Assembly: GCA_037310415.1 (NCBI GenBank)
Contig: CP147780.1
Location: 584,701 to 648,700 of the forward strand
DNA from: Candidatus Atabeyarchaeum deiterrae
GTDB taxonomy: Archaea; Asgardarchaeota; Atabeyarchaeia; Atabeyarchaeales; Atabeyarchaeaceae
DNA length: 64,000 nt
Direction of reading: 5' to 3'
In this document: positions 27,573-34,927 of the stretch, piece by piece
How the letters are laid out: every line of letters starts with the position of its first letter
Numbering within the stretch: the stretch's first letter is position 1
The notes under the pieces: model-generated
What the model saw: the letters and a program-made list of their open reading frames with translations, nothing else
What the model was told of the DNA's origin: nothing
The model's database searches: none
Made by a program: the position numbers and the translations under genes

Positions 27573-29075
27573 CTACGCAGTTGCTGACTGGGACATGTGC
27601 TTATACCTGTTCGCTTTCCTCGCAGCGTCAAGGGTCTTAGGGTCGCACCGCTTCATCTCACCCTCAGGAAACACAGACAACAAATCCCAGGCGAGATCAA
27701 GAGTCTGATCAATGCTACGATCCACATATTCACCTTGAGTGATAAACTTCCGCTCAAACGTATCAGCAAACTTCAAATACGCCTTATCCCGATCACTCAA
27801 AGCCTCCTCACCAATCACAGCAACTAAATCCCTGAAATCCATACCCTCACTAAAAGCATAATACAACTGATCCGACACTTCCCTATGATCCTCACGCGTC
27901 AACCTTTCTCCAGATTTTGTCACACCGATCCCCTCCTTCATCAACCGACTCAAAGACGGACGCGGGTCGATCGGGGGGTATATACCCTTGTGATGGAGAG
28001 CCTCAGAAATAATGAGCTGTCCCTCAGTAATATACCCAGTAAGATCTGGAACGGGGTGTGTGATATCAGAATGCGGCATCGTCAAGACTGGCATTTGTGT
28101 TATTGTGCCTTTTCTGCCTATTATGCGTCCTGCTCTTTCGTATATGCTGGCGAGGTCTGTGTAGAGGTATCCTGGGTATCCTCTTCTTCCTGGGACTTCT
28201 TCTCTTGCTGCGCTGATTTCTCGTAGGGCTTCTGCGTAGTTTGTCATGTCTGTTAGGATGGCTAGGACGTGTAGGTTTTGTGTGTATGCTAGGTATTCTG
28301 CTGTTGTTAGGGCGCATCGGGGTGTTATGATGCGTTCTATTGCTGGGTCGTCTGCGAGGTTTAGGAATAGGACTGTGCGTTCGAGTGCGCCTGTTCGTTC
28401 GAAGTCTTTGCGGAAGTATTGTGCTTCTTCTGCTGTTATGCCCATGGCTGCGAATACTACGGCGAATTGTTCTTCTTTGCCGAGTACTTTTGCTTGGCGT
28501 GCTATTTGTGCGGCTATGCGGTTGTGTGGTAGTCCTGCTCCGCTGAAGAGTGGTAGTTTTTGTCCGCGTACGAGTGTGTTCATTCCGTCTATGGTGCTGA
28601 TTCCTGTTTGGATGAATTCTCGGGGGTATGCTCGTGCTTCGGGGTTTATTGGGCTGCCGTTTATGTCCCACATGTCTTCGGGTATGATTGGTGGTCCGTT
28701 GTCTATGGGTTCGCCTGAGCCGTCTAGGGTTCTGCCGAGTATGTCGGTTGTTACTGGGATTTTTAGTGGTTCGCCTGTGAATTGTGCTTGTGTGTTTTTG
28801 GTGTCGAGTCCTGTTGTGCCTTCGAAGACTTGGACGATGGCTTTGGTTTTGGTGATTTCTAGGACTGTGCCTCTTCTTTTTTCTCCGTCTGGTGTGGTTA
28901 TGTTGACGAGTTCGTTGTATCCTACGCCTTGGACGTTTTGGATGATGATTAGTGGTCCTGTTACGTCTGAGATGGTTTTGTAGGTTCTTTTGGCGTAGAG
29001 TGCTGCTGCGGCGATGTGGGCGGCTGTGGCTGTTTTGGTGGCGCTTTCTTGTTTTTGTTGTTTGGTTGTTGCCAT
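27573..29075 (-). CDS. atpB: A-type (archaeal V-type) ATP synthase subunit B
   Basis: Colinear AtpB sequence ([73 protein letters not shown]). Has a 28-aa T/K/Q/A-rich N-terminal extension. Confidence 0.95.
   Translation of the reverse strand: MATTKQQKQESATKTATAAHIAAAALYAKRTYKTISDVTGPLIIIQNVQGVGYNELVNITTPDGEKRRGTVLEITKTKAIVQVFEGTTGLDTKNTQAQFTGEPLKIPVTTDILGRTLDGSGEPIDNGPPIIPEDMWDINGSPINPEARAYPREFIQTGISTIDGMNTLVRGQKLPLFSGAGLPHNRIAAQIARQAKVLGKEEQFAVVFAAMGITAEEAQYFRKDFERTGALERTVLFLNLADDPAIERIITPRCALTTAEYLAYTQNLHVLAILTDMTNYAEALREISAAREEVPGRRGYPGYLYTDLASIYERAGRIIGRKGTITQMPVLTMPHSDITHPVPDLTGYITEGQLIISEALHHKGIYPPIDPRPSLSRLMKEGIGVTKSGERLTREDHREVSDQLYYAFSEGMDFRDLVAVIGEEALSDRDKAYLKFADTFERKFITQGEYVDRSIDQTLDLAWDLLSVFPEGEMKRCDPKTLDAARKANRYKHMSQSATA
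27600..27716 (-). repeat. atpB 3'-end copy A (functional gene end; putative att-like site)
   Basis: Homologous to copies B, C and D. The shared core of about 40 nt encodes [13 protein letters not shown]. Confidence 0.7.
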
Positions 29076-29132
29076 GGGTGTGTTCTCCGTGTTGTTGTTT
29101 GAGGTGGTTGGGGTTTGGTTGATTGTGTGTGT

Positions 29133-29144
29133 CTTATAATTTTT
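29133..29144 (-). promoter_or_regulatory. Candidate TATA box upstream of atpB
   Basis: CTTATAATTTTT is one of very few A-containing patches kept in an otherwise A/C-purged spacer. It lies 58-69 nt upstream of the atpB ATG. Confidence 0.3.
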
Positions 29145-29494
29145 GTGGTTTTGGTATCTGGTGTTTTGGGTTGGTTAGGGGAATGGGAGGGTCTGTAATC
29201 TTGGGTTTGGTGAGATTGGAGTTGAATGGTTTGGAGGGGGAATTGGACTTGAATGGTGGGGGTGTCGGGTTTTTTTGTGTGATTGTCTTTCTGTGTCTGT
29301 CGATGCTTTTTGTTGTAGGTTAGGTTGATCTTGGGTAGGAGGTGGGTAAGTATTTCTGGATGGTGAGGTTTGATGGAGGATTGGTGAGTACTTCCTTGTT
29401 GGCTGGTTTTTTCTTCTGTTTGGTTGGTGTGACGTGGAGCTCTCGATGAGTTTTGGTTAGGTGTAGTGTGTTTTGTTCTGGTTGAATTTGGAGA

Positions 29495-30850
29495 ATGTTT
29501 ATATTTCAGTGCGTATTTTCTTTTTCGCGAATTGGCATAAGAGGAGATTTCACTTGTGCCGTTCGTTTTTCCGATTTGAAAAGGGTTGATTTTGGATCAG
29601 AGTGGGTGGCTTTGCCGAAGCGTAGTCAGGGGCGCAGGGTTAACGTTTGGGTTGCGTTGGCAGTTGTGTTGTTGGCTGTTAACATCGGTCAATTTGCGTT
29701 TTTTGTGTGGTTGCGGCCGAGTGTTCCGGTGGAGGATTCACCCATCCAAGTGGGGGACGTTACTGGTGTGAATAGGGCGAGTTTCCTTGGGAAGACGGTT
29801 ACGTTGGAAGGATACTTCGTTGGTGTGTTGGGGGGGAAATCGTTTCTCACTGCTGGTTTGGATGATTTTAGGCAGAATAGGATTCTTCCGTTGACGAGGT
29901 TTGTTACGATTGGGGGTGACCTTCCGCTGGATCTTTTGAATCAGACGGGTAGCCGCATCTTGCTGAAGGGGGTAGTTGGGATTGATGATTTGAATGCTAA
30001 TTTGACGCGTATTTCGTATGTGTCGCATAAGGTCGTTGAACCAAGTGCGCAGAATTATGCGCTGTGGAATTGGGATAAGCAGATTAGTATTCCTACGCCT
30101 CCGTTTCTGCAGCCGCATAAGTATGCGGTGTTGATGAGTGGGGGGTGGGATGCGGAGCACGCGTTTATGCGTTACTGGAATGATTTGAAATTCATGTTTG
30201 CTATTCTGACTGGGTATGGTTACAGTGGAAGTAATATTTTCGTTCTCTACAAGGATGGCGTTCCTGAGGATGCAGGGATATTTGTGAACGCTTCTTGCAC
30301 GTATGCGAATGTCGCTGCTGCTTTTTCGACTCTGCAGGCGAAGATGACGGATCTTGATGACTTGTTCATCTATACGACGAATCATGGGAACCCGGCGCTC
30401 TGCTTATGGAATCATGACGTACTGATTCCGTCTGACTTGGCGTCGATGTTGCAAGGTATCACGTGCCATGTCATGATCATCTTGATGCAGCAATGTTACG
30501 GGGGGGCGTTCGTACAAGATTTGAGTGGTTCGAACCGGGTGATTATGACCGCGGCGAATTCGAGTCAGTACTCATGGGCTTGCGACAAGGAAGGACCTTG
30601 GGATGAGTTTACGTACCATTTCATGGATGCGATGCGAGGGATGACCTTGATCGCAGACCCTGTGTTTGCAGACTACAATAGTGATGGGAAGGTATCCATG
30701 GTCGAGGCTTTCAATTATGCGCAGAGCATGGATAGTTGCGCTGAAATCCCCCAGTTTGATGATAACGGAGATGGCGTCAGTCATTCGGGATGGATGACCG
30801 TCGGCGGGGATGGCTATCCTGGTGGGCTCGGAGCTACGACGTTTCTGTAG
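29495..30850 (+). CDS. Membrane-anchored peptidase C13 (legumain-like, clan CD) family protein
   Basis: TM helix VWVALAVVLLAVNIGQFAFFVWL. Catalytic His-Gly FIYTTNHG and Cys IILMQQCYGG in clan-CD order. Ca-binding-like ADYNSDGKVSMVEAFNYA. Start uncertain. Confidence 0.7.
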   Translation: MFIFQCVFSFSRIGIRGDFTCAVRFSDLKRVDFGSEWVALPKRSQGRRVNVWVALAVVLLAVNIGQFAFFVWLRPSVPVEDSPIQVGDVTGVNRASFLGKTVTLEGYFVGVLGGKSFLTAGLDDFRQNRILPLTRFVTIGGDLPLDLLNQTGSRILLKGVVGIDDLNANLTRISYVSHKVVEPSAQNYALWNWDKQISIPTPPFLQPHKYAVLMSGGWDAEHAFMRYWNDLKFMFAILTGYGYSGSNIFVLYKDGVPEDAGIFVNASCTYANVAAAFSTLQAKMTDLDDLFIYTTNHGNPALCLWNHDVLIPSDLASMLQGITCHVMIILMQQCYGGAFVQDLSGSNRVIMTAANSSQYSWACDKEGPWDEFTYHFMDAMRGMTLIADPVFADYNSDGKVSMVEAFNYAQSMDSCAEIPQFDDNGDGVSHSGWMTVGGDGYPGGLGATTFL

Positions 30851-30992
30851 ATGATTGTTGGGACCATTTCTCCATATTTCTTCTTTTGACAACGACGAGA
30901 GTTCCGTGATGTCGGCCCGAAAAGTTGCCTTGCTCCTATTCTCAGAGAAAACGCGCAGAGTTGTCAGCAGGGTTTCGGGGAAGGGATTGCTT

Positions 30993-33900
30993 CTAGGTGT
31001 AGAGAAGTGCGCCGACTGTTATATGGTTGACTAGTTTGTTGGTTTCGTTCTCGTTGAATGGTAGGGGTGTTATTCCCCGGAGATTGAGGAATGCAAGTGT
31101 TCTCTGTAGTTTTGTGGCGTCTTTTTTCCATGGTGTGATTATGATTAGTCCCTTTATTTGTTCCTTTTGAAGTTCTTGTCTTATTGTTCCTATTTTTGCT
31201 GTTGTGGTTGATGGGTTCATTGTGTTGTTCGTCCAGACCGTGATCACGTATTGGCTTTGGTTATTGTTTGTTGTCGTTGTTAGTAGTTCCATGTTTTGGT
31301 CTATCCACATCGTGTTGATTCCTTTGTTTCGGAGGTCTTTGTGTATTGTGGTGGTTATGTATTCTTGTAGTATGTTTCGGTTTTCGTGGTCTGTGACTTG
31401 GTAGTATATTCTTGTTGTCGCTTGGGGGTTTTGGTAGTCTGGTGCTCTGACATCCCCGATGAGGTCCTTGGCAATTAGGGGTTCTATGTGTTTGATTAGT
31501 TGTTCCTTTGTTTTGATGTTCAGTCTTCTTTGTAGTATGGTTTCATCGATTATTTCATGTTGGTGTTTGAAGGCTTGTTTCACATCATGCCATAGTTGTG
31601 TCTCTTCGGGTGTGAGTGACCGTTGGCTCAAATTAGTTCTCGTAACGTGTTGGTGTTCTGGTTGCTCCTCACGTAGTGTTGGTGGTGGTGTGTTCATGGG
31701 TGGATTGGATGGTGTGGGTGGCTGGTAAGCATTTGGGGTATGGGATGTCTGTTGCTGGTTGTAGGTGAATGTGGAGCGTGGTGAGTTGTTGGAGAGGCTT
31801 TCTGTTTCTAATTCATGTTTGTCGTTTTGAAGCTGTTTTGTTTGTTGTTTCGAGTCTTTCATTGCTTCTATTGCTTTGATGTAGGTTCTTAGTGCTTCTT
31901 TATAGTCGCCGGCTTGGTATGCTTCTTCTGCTCTGCTTTTCAGTATGCTTGTTTCTGGGTCATGTGCTGTTATTGATTGGTTGTGCTCCGCTGGATTGGG
32001 TTTCGCTGTTTCTGCGTCGTAGATTATCGGGTAGTTTACCATGTTGTTTGTTATGATGTCTCTGTTGCTCACTTTTGGTGGGTTTATTTCGCATGTTCTA
32101 ATCCTTATGGCTTTGGAGTGTTTGGGTGTGGTTATTATGGCTTCCATCTTGGGCATTGCTTTGAGGTAGTTGGTTTGTTCTTCATTTAGGTTTAACCATT
32201 TTGCTGCTTTTTCGCCATCTACTGTTGTTCTTAGGAATATCTTGGTTGCAGAGTTTGCTAGTATGTTTTGACTTATGTTTGGTCTTTGTGTTGAGATTAT
32301 TACTCCTTGTCCTGTCGCTCTGAGTAGTAGTACCATTTGCTCGGTTATGCTTGTTTCAGCTGTTGTTCTTTTGGTTAGTATTTCTGGTACTATGTCGAGG
32401 GCGTCATCGATTATGAGTATGTGTTTCAAGTTGTCTTGTATTCCCCGTTGCTGGGCGGCTGTGGCTACGTACTTGGTGATGATGCTTGATATGAGACGCA
32501 AGTCTTCTCCTGTGCCATTTGTCTTGATTTCGCTCAGATCTATTATCGCTCTTCGTTTGATCAAGTCATTGAAGTTCACGTTGCTCTCGTCTTGATTGAA
32601 TACTTCGCTCAGTGGAGTTCTTGTAAAGGAGTATAGACGGTTGAGTAGAGCTTGGATTGTTGAGTTTATTTGAGGTATCGAGGCTGAACCGCTTCTCTTT
32701 GCGTAGCTTTCGAGCCACTCATTGAATCCACTCCAGTTTCTTGTGGTTTTGTCTTCGGATGATCTTTGCCTGATCGGTTGGTCCCTTTCTTCGCCATGTT
32801 CCTGGTCTCTCTTGTCTGGAGACGTCTTTTGTGTTATGTAGGTTACTAGAACCTCATAGAAAACCCGTTCCATTTGAGCGCTTAGCTCTCTGTTCTGATC
32901 TGTGAAAAGCGTTGAGAATGTCTCTTTGAGTATCGTGAAGATCTTCTTTGCATGAACATCAGGTTTTTCCATTTCTGGGTCAAACAGGCTGATCTTCAGT
33001 GCAGCGGTTTTCGACGCTGGCTTAAGATAGACAACGTTGTCCACTGATTTCACGAGGGGTTTGTACTCGCCTTTCATCTCTATTAATGTCCACGCGATAT
33101 CATAGCGCGACAGGTTCTCAAGTATTTTCATGATCAGCCTTGTCTTGCCGAATCCTGTTTCACCAAAAATGACAGTATGTAGCTTGAGATCCTGCAGTTT
33201 GATTCTCATTGGGCAAATCTCGTTTTCACCGTCGAGTACTGTGCCGATTATTAACTCCCCGTCTTCAAGCTCCTCCATTGAGGGAACATGAAAGGCTGGT
33301 ATTGATGTCTCGGGGATGCCTGCAACATGTTGCTCTGGTAGAAGGATCAGTGTTGCTGCTACCCTTGAAGAAGCATTCAACGTTGTGAACCCTATCGTCT
33401 GCCTGAATAGAAGATTAGTTAGATGTTTCGCAACATGTTTTCCTTTTAGCTTTTCGCATTCAATCCCAACTCCAGGGTTTGAGTAAATTGCCTCAATACA
33501 AGCGTCACCTTTCTCTTGCATCGACTTTGTTTCCTCAGGGGTCTCGCCTCGGTAGGCAACATATGCCGAGATCTTCCAGTAACCAGAGAGCTGTGCATTT
33601 CTATCTTCGCTAGCCTCTCTTTTCTTCTCATCGAGTTCAAGTAGTAACCTCATGTTGGGTTCCGTTTTCGCTTTTTCAATGAGTCTTGATTCTGATGCTA
33701 TTGATGGGGGTTTTGTTGCCTCCAAGTGAATTGTCATTGAAGCGGTGAAGCGTTCTCTTGTAAATGTTGAGATGAATTGCTCAACTTGGTTCTTTGGCAT
33801 CCCAGTAGTTGAGTCTGGGTTGGCCCTCCCCTTCAGGGCACTTACGGCAACATAACGCACATCTGTCCCTTGAATCCTTTCTATCTTGAGGAGCCTCCCG

Positions 33901-34790
33901 CGCGCATCGCCGGTGAAAGTCGAATCCCGACCGAGAATTGATCTGTAAACGCTCCACAGTTGGTATCCTTGTAGAAATTCGATCTTGGTGTTGAATCTGC
34001 TTTGCATTATGCTTCTAAGCTTTTGAGCTTTCTCTTCGGCTACTTCTGCAGCATGTTCTGCATCTGGACTAATTGCCAATGTGAAGAATTCCACTGATGA
34101 TAGACCTTTCTCTACTGTAAACTCGACACTGAAATCTGGAACATTATTCCATAAGGAAGTCATATGAGAAAAGTTGACTATCTCCCCAACCGTTGTCTCA
34201 AAATCCCTTTTTTCGTGTGTATGAATCATTAGTCCTTTACCTAGCGGCTCCAATGAATTTGTTGAGCGACTCGCCAACTTGAGAATGCACAAGGCGAAAT
34301 TCTTGTCCTTGCCCTTGAGCACAAGAGTCTTGCCACGGTAGACTGCCAAATCTGTGGCAGGATCCACGCACTCACCGTCTATTTTGATGTTTCTCCGAGA
34401 AAAAGACATGGCGACTGACCCAAGCAATGCGAGGAATCCGGAAACCAGAAGGAACTGGTTAAACAATACTACTAATGTACCAGAAGGCGAGGGCAATCCT
34501 GTTAATGAATTGCTCAGGCAGGCGGAAACAATACTAACAACTACTATACTTAGGGAGACTATTGCTGCACACTGCGACTTCTTCTTGATGTATTTCTCTT
34601 CAAATAGTCGGTAGGCGATGTATGACATGACCACGATTGGCGATGTCGTTAGAGTTATTCCCAGTGTCTGTTGGTATAGGGACGCTTTTTCCAAACCAAG
34701 GAGTTGCGTGAGCAATCTCGCGATAAGCAAAATGAATACATTGACCGCGAGCAAAGAGATTACTGCGTTTCTGCCGTTGATGATAAGCAC
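30993..34790 (-). CDS. Membrane-anchored HerA/FtsK-like P-loop ATPase (paralogue 2) with T/N/Q/P-rich C-terminal region
   Basis: N-terminal TM helices, Walker A IFGETGFGKTRLI, Walker B HILIIDDALDIV. The block LNLNEEQTNYLKAMPKMEAIITTP is shared with the 1064-aa ATPase. Confidence 0.7.
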   Translation of the reverse strand: MLIINGRNAVISLLAVNVFILLIARLLTQLLGLEKASLYQQTLGITLTTSPIVVMSYIAYRLFEEKYIKKKSQCAAIVSLSIVVVSIVSACLSNSLTGLPSPSGTLVVLFNQFLLVSGFLALLGSVAMSFSRRNIKIDGECVDPATDLAVYRGKTLVLKGKDKNFALCILKLASRSTNSLEPLGKGLMIHTHEKRDFETTVGEIVNFSHMTSLWNNVPDFSVEFTVEKGLSSVEFFTLAISPDAEHAAEVAEEKAQKLRSIMQSRFNTKIEFLQGYQLWSVYRSILGRDSTFTGDARGRLLKIERIQGTDVRYVAVSALKGRANPDSTTGMPKNQVEQFISTFTRERFTASMTIHLEATKPPSIASESRLIEKAKTEPNMRLLLELDEKKREASEDRNAQLSGYWKISAYVAYRGETPEETKSMQEKGDACIEAIYSNPGVGIECEKLKGKHVAKHLTNLLFRQTIGFTTLNASSRVAATLILLPEQHVAGIPETSIPAFHVPSMEELEDGELIIGTVLDGENEICPMRIKLQDLKLHTVIFGETGFGKTRLIMKILENLSRYDIAWTLIEMKGEYKPLVKSVDNVVYLKPASKTAALKISLFDPEMEKPDVHAKKIFTILKETFSTLFTDQNRELSAQMERVFYEVLVTYITQKTSPDKRDQEHGEERDQPIRQRSSEDKTTRNWSGFNEWLESYAKRSGSASIPQINSTIQALLNRLYSFTRTPLSEVFNQDESNVNFNDLIKRRAIIDLSEIKTNGTGEDLRLISSIITKYVATAAQQRGIQDNLKHILIIDDALDIVPEILTKRTTAETSITEQMVLLLRATGQGVIISTQRPNISQNILANSATKIFLRTTVDGEKAAKWLNLNEEQTNYLKAMPKMEAIITTPKHSKAIRIRTCEINPPKVSNRDIITNNMVNYPIIYDAETAKPNPAEHNQSITAHDPETSILKSRAEEAYQAGDYKEALRTYIKAIEAMKDSKQQTKQLQNDKHELETESLSNNSPRSTFTYNQQQTSHTPNAYQPPTPSNPPMNTPPPTLREEQPEHQHVTRTNLSQRSLTPEETQLWHDVKQAFKHQHEIIDETILQRRLNIKTKEQLIKHIEPLIAKDLIGDVRAPDYQNPQATTRIYYQVTDHENRNILQEYITTTIHKDLRNKGINTMWIDQNMELLTTTTNNNQSQYVITVWTNNTMNPSTTTAKIGTIRQELQKEQIKGLIIITPWKKDATKLQRTLAFLNLRGITPLPFNENETNKLVNHITVGALLYT

Positions 34791-34927
34791 CCGTAATTCT
34801 AGTATAAAAGCAGCTGGTATTAGAACCCCTCATTTGGCAGAGACGGTCCCAAAGGCAGAATGAAGAAAGAGAGAACCTGTGGACAAAGTACACGCAAGCG
34901 TGGTCGACTTTTTTCCTTATTCTCGAT

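Larger units (their letters stand above)
8624..27599. mobile_element. Composite genomic island: three tandem units delimited by direct copies of the atpB 3' end
   Basis: Direct repeats at 8624-8743, 9535-9617, 23603-23652 and 27600-27716. Cargo is accessory (defence-like operon, HerA-like ATPase, CDF transporter, HD protein). No integrase recognised. Confidence 0.55.
28086..32700 (+). other. G+T-saturated tract on the + strand (tract 2), interrupted at 30851-30992
   Basis: Hand count of 29101-29340 gives 30 A and 12 C in 240 nt. - strand genes here use A/C-ending codons and the + strand gene uses G/T-ending codons. Confidence 0.8.

Noticed and set aside
28066-28983. Long alternative-frame ORFs inside atpB (28066-28671 -, 28246-28983 +, 28340-28546 +).
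   Set aside because: Their products are low-complexity (R/T/H/N/P-rich or S/V/F/C-rich). They exist only because the extreme A/C depletion of the + strand removes stop codons. The AtpB frame is the conserved one.
29738-30385. 215-aa - strand ORF antisense to the C13 peptidase gene.
   Set aside because: It is a shadow ORF in a skewed tract, R/I/N/P-rich and low-complexity. The + frame carries the catalytic His and Cys motifs.
31204-32595. Several + strand ORFs (66-106 aa) within the 3' part of the 1265-aa ATPase gene.
   Set aside because: These are V/F/C/W/S-rich compositional artefacts of the G+T-saturated strand. The - frame is continuous and paralogous to the other ATPase.
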